Shown: positions 49,037-59,005, counted from the stretch's first letter. The stretch: DNA of 64,000 nt from an uncultured Gemmatimonadota bacterium (GCA_964490075.1 CAZBBK010000024.1:1-64000); one strand, 5' to 3'. A program made the numbers and translations. The notes: generated by a model not told the origin, from the letters alone.

Positions 49037-49911
49037 ACACACTGATCCTTGCGACCCTGATGGTGGCTCTGACCGTCCCCGCGGCGGCGCCGTCGAGCGC
49101 GGCGGACCTGCGGGTCGGAGTCACGTTGCATCCCTACTACTCCTGGACTCGCAACATCGTGCGCGGCACAGACGTGGAGGTGCGCTCCATCTTGCCGGGC
49201 GCGGTCGATGCCGGCAGCTATCAGCCCTCCCCGGGAGAGATCGAGAAGCTGGTCGACCTCGACGCGATCGTGATCAACGGCCTGGGGCACGACGACTTCA
49301 TCCTGGGGATGATCCGCGCCTCCGGCAACGCAAGCGTCCGCATCATCCGGCCCAACACCGGCACGCCGCTGATTCAAAGCGCCGGCGGTCGCGCGGTCAA
49401 CTCCCACACCTTCATCTCCTTCACCAACGCCATTCAGCAGACCTACCTGATCGAGCGCGAGCTGGCCGGTCTGGCGCCGCAGCACGCCGCCCTCTTCCGT
49501 GTCAACGCCCGCGACTACGCCCGCCGCCTGCGCGCCATCAAGACGAAGGCCGCGATCCGGCTGGTCGCGCCGCGCAGCCCCCGCGTGGTGACGGTGCACG
49601 ACGGCTACAGCTACCTGCTGCAGGAGTTCGGCATCGAATGTGCGGGGGTCGTGGAGCCCTCTCACGGCCTGGTTCCCTCGGCCGCCGAGCTGCAAGCGGT
49701 GGTCTCGCTCCTGCGCCGGCGCGAGGTGCGCGTGATCTTCACCGAAGAGCGTTTCCCCGAGCCCCTGCTGCGCGTGCTCACCGATGCCACGCCGGCATCC
49801 GTGCACGTGCTGAGCCACGTCGCGACCGGCCCCTACACCGACGACAAGTTCGAGACCGAGATGGCCGCCAACGCCGAAGTACTGGTCGGCGCCCTGGCGG
49901 ACCCTGAATGA
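49033..49911 (+). CDS. Metal ABC transporter substrate-binding protein (cluster A-I, FpvC-like)
   Basis: VGVTLHPYYSW, NGLGHDDF, NSHTFIS, HDGYSYLLQEFG, EPSHG..PS. Confidence 0.9.
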   Translation: MNTLILATLMVALTVPAAAPSSAADLRVGVTLHPYYSWTRNIVRGTDVEVRSILPGAVDAGSYQPSPGEIEKLVDLDAIVINGLGHDDFILGMIRASGNASVRIIRPNTGTPLIQSAGGRAVNSHTFISFTNAIQQTYLIERELAGLAPQHAALFRVNARDYARRLRAIKTKAAIRLVAPRSPRVVTVHDGYSYLLQEFGIECAGVVEPSHGLVPSAAELQAVVSLLRRREVRVIFTEERFPEPLLRVLTDATPASVHVLSHVATGPYTDDKFETEMAANAEVLVGALADPE

Positions 49912-50621
49912 GCTCCTCGGACGCGTTGCTCGAAATCGAGGGGATGTGCGTTCGGCTGGGGCGCGAACAGGTGCTGCGCGACGTCGATCTGTGCGTGGAA
50001 CGGGGCAGCTGCCACTGCATCGTCGGCCCCAACGGCGCCGGCAAGAGCACCCTGCTGGCGGCGCTCTTGGGGCGCGTCGATTTCCAGGGCCGAGCACGCT
50101 GCCACTGGCGCCGCGGCGGACGGATCGGCTTCGTCCCACAAAGGGCCGAGATCGACGCCTCGGTGCCGCTCAGCGCCGCGGAGTTCCTCATGTTGGAGCG
50201 TACCCGGTGGCCGGTGGTCGCCGGTCTGGGGCGACGTCGCCGCCGGCGCAGCGCGGAGCTGCTCACGTCGGTGGGGCTGGCCGGGCGGGCCGCCGTGCCG
50301 CTCAACGGCCTCTCCGGCGGGGAGCTGCAACGGCTGCTTTTCGCCAACGCCCTCGATCCCCCGCCCGAGCTCTTGATGATGGACGAGCCGACCAGCGGTC
50401 TCGATCTCGAGGGCCGCGCCGCATTCAACGCCGCTCTGAGCGAGCTGCGCCGCGCCCGGCAGCCGACCATCCTGATGGTCTCGCACGACCTGGCTCAGGT
50501 GCGCGGCATCGCCGACCGCGTCACCGTGCTGGATCGCAGCGTGCTGCGCTCCGGCCCGGTCGACCAGGTCTTGCGCGGGACCGACGACGCCGGGCTCTTC
50601 GACCTGGGAGCGGCGCCGTGA
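49908..50621 (+). CDS. Metal ABC transporter ATP-binding protein (FpvD/ZnuC-like)
   Basis: GPNGAGKST, FVPQ, LSGGELQR, MDEP, SHD. Confidence 0.93.
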   Translation: MSSSDALLEIEGMCVRLGREQVLRDVDLCVERGSCHCIVGPNGAGKSTLLAALLGRVDFQGRARCHWRRGGRIGFVPQRAEIDASVPLSAAEFLMLERTRWPVVAGLGRRRRRRSAELLTSVGLAGRAAVPLNGLSGGELQRLLFANALDPPPELLMMDEPTSGLDLEGRAAFNAALSELRRARQPTILMVSHDLAQVRGIADRVTVLDRSVLRSGPVDQVLRGTDDAGLFDLGAAP

Positions 50622-51490
50622 CCGAGTCCTTCTACATCTGGGTGGCCGATCTGGCGCGCGCCGGCTGGCTGCCGGAGCCCTTCGAATACGCGTTCATCAC
50701 CCGCGGTCTGCTCGCGGTGCTGCTGGTGGCGCCGCTGCTCGGCGGCTTGAGCCACCTCGTGGTCACCCGCCGCCTGGCATTCTTCAGCGCCGCCTTGGGA
50801 CACGCCGCCCTCACCGGCCTCACCATCGGCCTGGTGCTGGGCGAGCCGATCAACTCCGCCTACGGTGGCCTCTTCGGCTTCTGCCTCCTGGTCGCCGTCG
50901 CCATGGTGTTCGTCCGCCGCCGCTCCAAGCTGCCACCCGACACCCTGATCGGCGTCTTTCTGGCCCTCACCTTGGGCCTCGGCATCTGTCTCCTGGTGGC
51001 GGTCACCAAGCGTTTCAACATCCACCAGATCGAGGCCGTCATGTTCGGCAGCCTGCTGACCGTCACCGAGGGCGATCTGGTCCTGCTGCTGGGGGGTTGT
51101 CTCGGTGTCGGCGCGCTTCTCGGCGTCCACTACAACGAGCTCTTGCTGGACAGCTTGGGGCTCACCCCCGGGCGCCTCTCCAGCGGCCGCTCCGCCTTTC
51201 TCGAGTACCTCTTCGTGGTGCTCCTGACCTGCGCCATCGTGGTCAGCTTGAAGGTGATCGGAGCGCTCCTGGTCGAGGCGCTGGTGGTGGTCCCGGCCGC
51301 GGCGGCCCGCAACCTGTCGGCCAGCATGCGCGCCTACCTGCTCTGGAGCATCGTCCTGGCGCTGGCGGCCTGCGTCGCCGGGCTCTTCCTCTCGACCCGT
51401 CTCCTGGTGCCGACCGGGGGGGCGATCGTGCTTTCGATGGCGGCCATCTTCTTCGTCACGCTGGCCATCGGAGCGCTGCGCCGGCCATGA
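50618..51490 (+). CDS. Metal ABC transporter permease (FpvE/ZnuB-like)
   Basis: AFFSAALGHAALTG, PDTLIGVF, FGSLLTV, KVIGALLVEAL..VPAAAA. Confidence 0.93.
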   Translation: MTESFYIWVADLARAGWLPEPFEYAFITRGLLAVLLVAPLLGGLSHLVVTRRLAFFSAALGHAALTGLTIGLVLGEPINSAYGGLFGFCLLVAVAMVFVRRRSKLPPDTLIGVFLALTLGLGICLLVAVTKRFNIHQIEAVMFGSLLTVTEGDLVLLLGGCLGVGALLGVHYNELLLDSLGLTPGRLSSGRSAFLEYLFVVLLTCAIVVSLKVIGALLVEALVVVPAAAARNLSASMRAYLLWSIVLALAACVAGLFLSTRLLVPTGGAIVLSMAAIFFVTLAIGALRRP

Positions 51491-51614
51491 GGGCGCGCCC
51501 ACGGCCGCTCCGGCGTCGCGCTGCTTTTCGTTTCGATTCGGCCTTCGCCACGCTACCATACGCGCGCCAATCGCCATCCGATCAGCCAGACATCAGCCTC
51601 CAGGAGGGTAGACC

Positions 51615-52532
51615 GTGAGAGTTCGTCACCCGGCACGCCTTCGCCTGCTGCTGCCCTCCATCGGTCTCATCGCGGCCGGCTGCGGCGGTGGGCCGGATGC
51701 CGGCCGCGCCGGCGACGCCCCGGCCCCGGACGCCCAGATCATTCGCATCACCGGCTCCGACACCATGGTCAACCTGGCCCAGGCCTGGGCCGAGAACTAC
51801 CAGGCCGAGCATCCTGGCGTCTCTCTCCAGGTCGCGGGCGGCGGCTCCGGGGTCGGCATCGCCGGCCTGATCGACGGCATCGTCGACATGACCAACGCCA
51901 GCCGGAAGATGAAGAAGACCGAGCTTGCGCGGGCGCGAGAGACGCGCGGCGTGGAGGCAATGGAGCACGTCGTAGGTCTCGATGCGCTCGCCGTCTACGT
52001 CCACCGAGACAACCCGCTGGAGTCGATCTCGATTCCCGAGCTCGCCGAGATCTACGGGGAGGCGGGCGAGTACGTCACCTGGGGGCAGTTCGCCCATCCG
52101 GTGCCCGGCTGCGACAGCGACCGGATCGTGCGCGTCAGCCGCCAGAACAACTCCGGCACCTATGTCTACTTCCGCAGCGCGGTGCTGGGCAGCGAGCGGG
52201 AGTTCGAGCTCGGCTCGATCGACCAGAGCGGATCGAAGGACGTGGTGGCCCTGGTCTCCCGGACCCCCTGCGCGATCGGCTACAGCGGTATGGCCTACGA
52301 GACACCCGAGGTGAAATCGTTGCCGGTGGCCGCCGCGAGGGGGGCCGAGGCCTTCGCGCCGACGCCCCAGACCGCCGCCAGCGGCGACTACCCGATCTCA
52401 CGGCCGCTCTTGATCTACACCGCCGGCGAGCCGACCGGCGCCCTGAAGGACTACCTGGACTGGATCTACTCACCGGCCGGGCAGCGGATCGTCGCCGAGA
52501 TCGGCTATGTGCCGATCCGTCCCACGGAGTAG
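51615..52532 (+). CDS. pstS: Phosphate ABC transporter substrate-binding lipoprotein
   Basis: Lipobox AAGC, GSDTM, GGGSGVG, RQNNSGT, YPISRPL. Confidence 0.95.
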   Translation: MRVRHPARLRLLLPSIGLIAAGCGGGPDAGRAGDAPAPDAQIIRITGSDTMVNLAQAWAENYQAEHPGVSLQVAGGGSGVGIAGLIDGIVDMTNASRKMKKTELARARETRGVEAMEHVVGLDALAVYVHRDNPLESISIPELAEIYGEAGEYVTWGQFAHPVPGCDSDRIVRVSRQNNSGTYVYFRSAVLGSEREFELGSIDQSGSKDVVALVSRTPCAIGYSGMAYETPEVKSLPVAAARGAEAFAPTPQTAASGDYPISRPLLIYTAGEPTGALKDYLDWIYSPAGQRIVAEIGYVPIRPTE

Positions 52533-52544
52533 CAGCCCCGATCG

Positions 52545-53453
52545 ATGATGAACAGCCTGCTGCGCCGGCTCCTGGCGAGGTCCGAGCCGCTGGTGGAGCT
52601 CCTGATCCGCCTCAGCGGCTGGAGCGCCATTCTCTTCGTGTTCGGGATCTTCTTCTTCATCCTTCGCGAAGGCGCTCCTTTCCTGATCCGTGAGCTCGAT
52701 CTCCGCGAGTTCTTCACCAGCCCCAACTGGCGCCCCGACTCCGAGCTGCGCCAGCAGTTCGGGATCCTGGCACTGCTCTGTGGCACCCTCTCGGTCACCA
52801 CGCTGGCCATGGCGCTCTCGGTGCCGCTGGGTCTCGGCGCCGCCATCTACATCTCCGAGTTCTGCAGCGGGGCGAGCAAGGAGACCCTCAAGATCGTGCT
52901 CGAGCTCCTGGCCGCAATCCCATCGGTGGTCTGGGGTTTCGTCGGTTACATGGTGATGAACCCGATCATCATCTGGGCCACTGGAGCGCCGGTCGGGGTC
53001 AACGTGCTGAACGGCGGGATCATCCTGGCACTGATGAGCGTGCCGATCATCGCCTCGGTGGGGGAGGACGCGCTCAAGGCGGTGCCCGACTCGTACCGCG
53101 AAGCCGCGCTGGCCCTGGGGGCGACACGCTGGCAGCTGGTCTATCGAGTGCTCCTGCCGGCGGCGCGCAACGGCCTTCTGGCCGCGGTCCTGCTGGGCGT
53201 CGGGCGGGCGATCGGCGAGACCATGGCCGTGCTGATGGCCACCGGTCACGCGGTCCAGATCCCCGGCAGCCTGCTCGATCCGGTGCGCACCCTGACGGCC
53301 ACCATCGCCGCCGAGCTGGGCGAGACCGTCGAGGGCGAATCGCACTACCAAGCTCTGTTCGTGATCGGCTCGCTCTTGATGCTGATCGCCTTCGTGGTCA
53401 ACGTGACGGCCGACCTGGTGGTCAAGGGAATTCGCAACGAGGAGCGTTCGTGA
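52545..53453 (+). CDS. pstC: Phosphate ABC transporter permease
   Basis: ELLAAIPSVV, EAALALGATRW, RAIGETMAV. Confidence 0.95.
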   Translation: MMNSLLRRLLARSEPLVELLIRLSGWSAILFVFGIFFFILREGAPFLIRELDLREFFTSPNWRPDSELRQQFGILALLCGTLSVTTLAMALSVPLGLGAAIYISEFCSGASKETLKIVLELLAAIPSVVWGFVGYMVMNPIIIWATGAPVGVNVLNGGIILALMSVPIIASVGEDALKAVPDSYREAALALGATRWQLVYRVLLPAARNGLLAAVLLGVGRAIGETMAVLMATGHAVQIPGSLLDPVRTLTATIAAELGETVEGESHYQALFVIGSLLMLIAFVVNVTADLVVKGIRNEERS

Positions 53454-54394
53454 TGAAGGCGGAGCCGCGCCGCGAGCCACCGGCCCTGCCCGGTCCCGGC
53501 ACCTTCGCGGTCACCGCGGTCGCGCTTCGCAAGCGCCGGACCGAGCGCGGAATGAACCTGCTGCTCTTGTGCGGGACCTTCTCGCTGCTGCTGCCGCTGA
53601 TCGGGATCATCTCCTACATCGCCTGGCACGCGGCACCGGCCCTGTCGCTCGACTTCATCTTCGAGAACCCGCGCAACTACATGCGAGAGGGGGGGGTCTG
53701 GTCCCCTCTGATCGGCACCTTCTACCTGGTCCTGGTGTCGCTCGCGGTCGCCGCTCCGATCGGCGTGCTGGCCGGTGTCTATCTCAACGAGTACGCCCGC
53801 GAGGGTTGGATCACGCGGATGATCAACCTGGCGGTGGTCAACCTCGCCGGGGTGCCGAGCATCGTGCACGCGCTCTTCGGGGTCGGCGCCTTCGTCCATT
53901 TCGCGGCGATGGGCCGCTCGGTGCTGGCGGCCTCTTGCACCCTGGCGATCATGACCCTTCCGGTGATCATCACCAGCACCCGCGAGGCGCTGGCGGCGGT
54001 GCCGATGGCTTTTCGCGAAGCTTGCTGGAACCTCGGGGCCTCGCGCTGGCAGACGATTCGAACCATCGTGCTGCCGAACTCGATCAGCGGGATTCTGACC
54101 GGCGTGATTTTGCAGGTGTCGCGTGCCGCGGGAGAGACCGCACCGATCCTTTTCACCGGCGCGGTCTTCTACGTCAAGGTCTCCGACCAGGGCTGGGGCT
54201 ATTTCTTCCCCTATGGACTGGGCGATCGTTGCATGGCCCTCTCCTACCACCTGTTCACGATCTCGACCCAGGTCACCGGCGTGAGCGACGCCCAGCAGTA
54301 CGCCACGGCCGCGGTACTGATCGGATTGGTGCTGGCCGTCAACCTGGTCTCGATCGCGCTGCGCTCTTACCTGAGATCGAAGAAGCGATGGTAG
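53450..54394 (+). CDS. pstA: Phosphate ABC transporter permease
   Basis: YLNEYA, NLAGVPSIV, RAAGETAPI. Confidence 0.95.
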   Translation: MMKAEPRREPPALPGPGTFAVTAVALRKRRTERGMNLLLLCGTFSLLLPLIGIISYIAWHAAPALSLDFIFENPRNYMREGGVWSPLIGTFYLVLVSLAVAAPIGVLAGVYLNEYAREGWITRMINLAVVNLAGVPSIVHALFGVGAFVHFAAMGRSVLAASCTLAIMTLPVIITSTREALAAVPMAFREACWNLGASRWQTIRTIVLPNSISGILTGVILQVSRAAGETAPILFTGAVFYVKVSDQGWGYFFPYGLGDRCMALSYHLFTISTQVTGVSDAQQYATAAVLIGLVLAVNLVSIALRSYLRSKKRW

Positions 54395-55155
54395 CCCCCT
54401 CGTCCGCCAAGGTGGAGCTACGCGATGTGAGCGTGTACTACGGAACCCGTCAGGCGCTCGACACGGTCGATCTGCGGATCCCGCGCAAGGGGATCTTCGG
54501 CATCATCGGCCCCGCCAACTCCGGCAAGACCACGCTTCTGAAGTGTATCAACCGCACCATCGACTTCGTGCCTTCGGCAAGAGTCACCGGAAAGGTGCTG
54601 GTCGACGGCGGCGACGTGTGGCGGATGCGCAACGTGTTCGAGCTGCGGCGCCGGATCGGCATGGTCTTTCCCTTGCCGGTCGGGCTGCCGCTATCGGTCT
54701 ACGACAATGTCGCTTACGCGCCGCGCATGGCCGGAGTCGCCGATCGCCGCGAGCTCGACGCGCTGGTACGTCGTTGTCTCGAGCAAGCCGCACTCTGGGA
54801 CGAGGTCGCCGATCGACTCGATCTCCTGGGCACCAAGCTCTCGGGCGGGCAGCAGCAACGCTTGACCATCGCCCGCGCCCTCTCGCACCGGCCCGAGATC
54901 CTCTGTCTCGACGAGTTCTCGATCGCCGTCGACCCCGTGACGACGATGAAGATCGAGGACGTGCTGCTGGGATTGAAGAACGAGATCACGATCATTCTGG
55001 TGACCAACCTGGTCCAGCAGGCTCATCGGCTGGCCGACCGTGTGGCCTTCTTCAACGCCTCGCGACTGGTGGAGGTCGACACCACCGAGAAGATCTTCTC
55101 GGAAAGCCCCGCCCAGCAGCTCACCTTCGACTACGTGCGCGGAAACTTCGGATGA
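54388..55155 (+). CDS. pstB: Phosphate ABC transporter ATP-binding protein, copy 1 (degenerate D-loop and H-loop)
   Basis: GPANSGKTT, LSGGQQQR, LCLDEFSIAVDP, VTNL, C-terminal YVRGNFG. Confidence 0.9.
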   Translation: MVAPSSAKVELRDVSVYYGTRQALDTVDLRIPRKGIFGIIGPANSGKTTLLKCINRTIDFVPSARVTGKVLVDGGDVWRMRNVFELRRRIGMVFPLPVGLPLSVYDNVAYAPRMAGVADRRELDALVRRCLEQAALWDEVADRLDLLGTKLSGGQQQRLTIARALSHRPEILCLDEFSIAVDPVTTMKIEDVLLGLKNEITIILVTNLVQQAHRLADRVAFFNASRLVEVDTTEKIFSESPAQQLTFDYVRGNFG

Positions 55156-55919
55156 GCCGGCCCTGCATCGTGACCGAGCGGCTGAACCTCTTCTACGGGG
55201 ATTTTCAGGCCCTGATCGACGTCGATCTCGAGGTTCGCGAGGGGATCATCACCGGCTTGATCGGCCCTTCGGGCTGTGGCAAGTCGACCCTGCTCAGGTG
55301 TTTCAACCGCTTGAACGAGCGCTATGGCAACGTGAGCACCAGCGGTGAGATCCGCGTCCTCGGCAAGAACATCTACGACCAAGACGTATGCCTCGAGGAG
55401 CTGCGCAAGAGCGTGGGAATGGTGTTTCAGCGGCCGAATCCGCTGCCGATTTCGATTTACGACAACATCGCCTTCGGCACGCAGGTGCACAACCGCCGCT
55501 CGGCGCTGCGCCGCAACGAGATCGACGAGGCGGTGGAAGGGGCCCTGCGCGATGTCGAGCTGTGGGACGATGTGAAGGACCGCTTGCGAGAGCGGGCCAC
55601 TCGGCTCACCCTGGAACAGCAGCAGAAGCTGTGCATCGCCCGCCTGCTGCCGCTCAAGCCGCGTGTCATTTTGATGGATGAGCCTTGCTCGGCGCTCGAT
55701 GGCGAGGGCACCATGGCCATCGAGCAGCTCATGGATCATCTGCGAGGCAAATACACCATCGTCATCGTCACGCACAACATGGCACAGGCACGCAGGGCCA
55801 CCGATGAATGCCTGTATATGCTGCTGGGCAAGCTGATCGAGCATGCTCCGACGGCGGAGCTGTTCTTGAATCCACGGCGCAAAGAGACCGAGTTGTACGT
55901 GGAAGGTCGATACGGATAA
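55152..55919 (+). CDS. pstB: Phosphate ABC transporter ATP-binding protein, copy 2 (degenerate signature motif)
   Basis: GPSGCGKST, VFQRPNP, LTLEQQQK, LMDEPCSALD, VTHNM, YVEGRYG. Confidence 0.92.
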   Translation: MSRPCIVTERLNLFYGDFQALIDVDLEVREGIITGLIGPSGCGKSTLLRCFNRLNERYGNVSTSGEIRVLGKNIYDQDVCLEELRKSVGMVFQRPNPLPISIYDNIAFGTQVHNRRSALRRNEIDEAVEGALRDVELWDDVKDRLRERATRLTLEQQQKLCIARLLPLKPRVILMDEPCSALDGEGTMAIEQLMDHLRGKYTIVIVTHNMAQARRATDECLYMLLGKLIEHAPTAELFLNPRRKETELYVEGRYG

Positions 55920-55950
55920 AGCCGGAGACGCCGACCGAGAGCGAGAAAAT

Positions 55951-56610
55951 ATGCAGAAATTGGATCAAGACCTGAGCGACCTGAAGAGCCAGCTGATGGA
56001 GATGGGGGAGCGCGCCGTGCAGATGGTCACGGCCGTGTTGCGGGCATTCACCGACCGCGACGCAGGGGCGCTCGCCGGCATCGAAGCCGACGAGGACTGG
56101 GTCAACCGCGCGCAGGTCGAGCTCGACCGCAAGACGATCCACCTGATCACCATCTACGGACCGGCGGCGATGGACCTGCGCTTCTTGATGATGGTGGCGC
56201 GGATCACCAGCGACCTGGAGCGGATCGGCGACCTGGCGATGAACACGCGCCCTCACGTCGCCGAACTGAATCAGCAAGAGCCGAGCGGGCCGCTCGGCGA
56301 TCTACAGCGCATGGGGGAGCTTTCGATCGACATGGTGCGCGAATCCCTTCGGGCCTTTCAGAAGGACGACGCGGCGCTGGCGCGCGACACCCTGGGGCGC
56401 GACGACGAGGTCGATGCCCTCTATGATCACATCACGGACGTCGTCGTCGGCCTCATGATGCAATCGACGGCCGCGATACCGCGCTCCCTGGGCCTGATCA
56501 CGCTCGCCCGCTCCCTGGAGCGGATCGCAGATCACGCGACCAACGTCTGCGAAGAGGTGATCTACGTGGTCGAGGGCAAGGATATTCGCCACCGCATGGA
56601 CGAGAGCTGA
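55951..56610 (+). CDS. phoU: Phosphate signalling complex protein
   Basis: DLERIGD, DDEVD, LERIADHATNVCE.VIY..EG.DIRH. Confidence 0.96.
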   Translation: MQKLDQDLSDLKSQLMEMGERAVQMVTAVLRAFTDRDAGALAGIEADEDWVNRAQVELDRKTIHLITIYGPAAMDLRFLMMVARITSDLERIGDLAMNTRPHVAELNQQEPSGPLGDLQRMGELSIDMVRESLRAFQKDDAALARDTLGRDDEVDALYDHITDVVVGLMMQSTAAIPRSLGLITLARSLERIADHATNVCEEVIYVVEGKDIRHRMDES

Positions 56611-56671
56611 GACAAGTGACACCTGACGAGACGCAGGAGGCTCGCCTGCCGAGGCGAGTCGTCGCCGACCG

Positions 56672-57685
56672 ATGATCCAAGCCACACAACCCCTGGAAGA
56701 GAAGCGCGGCGTGCCGGAGACCTATCGTGGGGTCGCCGGCCAGCTCGACCTCGCCGCCGCGTATCGCCTGATGGTCCGCGCCCGGGTCCTGGAAGAGCGC
56801 TTGATCAAGATGGCCAAGTCGCAAGACGGCCAATTCTGGATCGGCGGCCCCGGAGAAGAGGCGTTCAACGTCCCGCTGGGGCTCTTGGTCAAGTGCGGCC
56901 AGGGCCTCGACCACGACTTCCTGCACCTCCACTACCGCAGCTCTGCGATCCTCCTGGCTCTCGGCGCGCGCATGATCGACTTCATCCGCCAGATGGCCTC
57001 GCGCGCCAGCGATCCCTTCAGCGGCGGGCGGAACTTCGTCAACCACGTCGCGGTTCGCGAGTGGAACATCGTGCCCACCTCGTCGACCATCGAGACCCAG
57101 TACTCGATCGCTCCGGGCACCGCGCTCGCCCAGCTGCGTGCCGGCGGCGACGCCATCACGATCGTCAACGGCGGCGACGCCGGCTCGGCGGAGGCGGACT
57201 TCGCCACCTGCCTGAACTGGAGCAGCCGGCCGGACCGTGAGCTGCCGATCCTGATCGTCGTCGCCAACAACCGCTTCGGGATCTCGACTCCCTGCGAAGA
57301 GGTGCACGGCGACGCCATCATCGCGCGGCGCGCGGCGGCTTTCGGGATTCGTTGGGACACGGTCGACGGCAACGATCCCGAGGCCTCTTGGCGGATGCTT
57401 TCGGAGGCCATCGCCTACGTCAGGGCGGAGCGCAAGCCCTTCTGCCTGGAGGCCGCCGTGGGCCGCCTGCACGGCCATTCATCTTCCTCCGGGGCGGCGC
57501 GCGAAGACGGATTCGATTGCGTTGGGGCGTTCGCGGAAAAGCTCGTGGAGCGCGGCGTCCTGAGCCCCGAACAGGTGGCGGCGCTCCACGAGGAGTCGCG
57601 CCAAGAGGCGCTGGATGCGCTGCACCAGGTGCGCCGGGAGCCCGCGCCCGCCGCCGATTCGATTCACGATCACACCTTCGCGTAA
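56672..57685 (+). CDS. 2-oxoacid dehydrogenase E1 alpha subunit (ThDP-dependent)
   Basis: GEEA, HYRS, GDAG...NN ThDP motif, VDGND, RLHGHSSS. Confidence 0.9.
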   Translation: MIQATQPLEEKRGVPETYRGVAGQLDLAAAYRLMVRARVLEERLIKMAKSQDGQFWIGGPGEEAFNVPLGLLVKCGQGLDHDFLHLHYRSSAILLALGARMIDFIRQMASRASDPFSGGRNFVNHVAVREWNIVPTSSTIETQYSIAPGTALAQLRAGGDAITIVNGGDAGSAEADFATCLNWSSRPDRELPILIVVANNRFGISTPCEEVHGDAIIARRAAAFGIRWDTVDGNDPEASWRMLSEAIAYVRAERKPFCLEAAVGRLHGHSSSSGAAREDGFDCVGAFAEKLVERGVLSPEQVAALHEESRQEALDALHQVRREPAPAADSIHDHTFA

Positions 57686-57706
57686 GGGGCGCGATCCGGA
57701 GAGGGC

Positions 57707-58768
57707 ATGGCGAACATCGCGCAGGCGATCAGATTGGCGCTGCACGTCGGCGAGACCCGGCTCGGGGTCAGCGACATTTTCGGTGAAGATGTCGGACCGC
57801 CGCTGGGCGGGGCCTTCTCCTGCACTCAAGGTCTGGAGAAGGCCTGGAACTCGCCGCTCGATGAGCGCGGAATCATCGGCAGTGCATTTGGATTGGCGCT
57901 GGCCGGCCAGCGCGCTGTGGCCGAGATCCAGTTCGCCGACTACGTCTTCAACGCCATCGATCTGCTCAAAATGGCAGGCAACTGTCGCTGGTCGAGCAAC
58001 GGTCAGTTCGAAGTGCCGCTGGTGCTGATGATGCCGGTGGGGGCGGGAATCCACGGCTCGATCTATCACTCTCATTCCTTCGAATCGTTTGCGACCCACA
58101 TGCCGGGCTGGAAAGTGGTGCTGCCCTCGACGCCGATCGATACCTATGGCCTGTTGATCTCCGCGATCAAGGATCCCAACCCGGTCTTCTTTCTCTATCC
58201 CAAGGCCCTGATCCGCGTTCCGGGAGCCGAGCTGATTCCCGGCGAACCGGAGGATCCCAAACTCCTGAGCAAGATGATCGATGCCCCGCTCGGCGCCAAA
58301 CGCGAGGGATGGCGAGCGCAGTGGCCCGAGCTCCCCGACTTCGAAATCCCGATCGGTCCGGCGCGGCTGTTGCGGGAAGGGAGCGACTTGACGGTCGCCA
58401 GCTATGGGCGCATGGCACCGACCTGTGCGGTGGCCGCCGACGAGCTGGCTCGCGAGCACGGGATCTCGGCCGAGGTGATCGATCTGCGAACGATCTGGCC
58501 CTTCGACGAGGCGGCCATGGTCGGATCGGTACGGCGCACCGGCCGCTTCTTGCAGGTCAACGAGGACACCGAGGTCACGAACTTCGGCGAGCACCTGGTG
58601 CGCCGCGTGAGCGAAGAGTGTTTCTACGAGCTGGAGGCCCCGCCGCGACTCCTGGCCGCGGCGAACGCCCCCGGCACCGGACTGGCGTGGAGCTTGGAGA
58701 GCGCGCAGATTCCCCAGCACGACGACGTGGTGCGGGCGATGCGCGAGCTGGCGACCTTGGAGGCGTAG
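57707..58768 (+). CDS. 2-oxoacid dehydrogenase E1 beta subunit
   Basis: GEDVG...GG.F, PLDERGIIG, AEIQFADY, YHSHS, IDLRTIWP. Confidence 0.92.
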   Translation: MANIAQAIRLALHVGETRLGVSDIFGEDVGPPLGGAFSCTQGLEKAWNSPLDERGIIGSAFGLALAGQRAVAEIQFADYVFNAIDLLKMAGNCRWSSNGQFEVPLVLMMPVGAGIHGSIYHSHSFESFATHMPGWKVVLPSTPIDTYGLLISAIKDPNPVFFLYPKALIRVPGAELIPGEPEDPKLLSKMIDAPLGAKREGWRAQWPELPDFEIPIGPARLLREGSDLTVASYGRMAPTCAVAADELAREHGISAEVIDLRTIWPFDEAAMVGSVRRTGRFLQVNEDTEVTNFGEHLVRRVSEECFYELEAPPRLLAAANAPGTGLAWSLESAQIPQHDDVVRAMRELATLEA

Positions 58769-59005
58769 CTGATCGCTGATCCGACATCGCCGCGTCGGCA
58801 ACTCTGACGATTGAGCTCGAACGCCGCGTCTCCGCCGCGCCACGAGTCCCGGGCGGTGCGGTGCAATCCGCTGGGCGGCAAGGGCTAAGAAGCTCTGGGC
58901 GTTGGCCGTCATCGATGGCATGATCGATGCGACACAGGTGGACCTTCATCGGGCCTGGGGGCAGCGCCGGATGTCAGGATCCCACCGCGGAAGTCGGGGG
59001 ACGCT

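Noticed and set aside
51491-51614. Pho box upstream of pstS
   Set aside because: No CTGTCAT-like 11-bp direct repeats are visible
58850-58890. Cobalamin riboswitch-like CGGTGCAATCCG
   Set aside because: The flanking GGGAA and GCCCCCGC/ACTGT elements are absent and no B12-related gene follows
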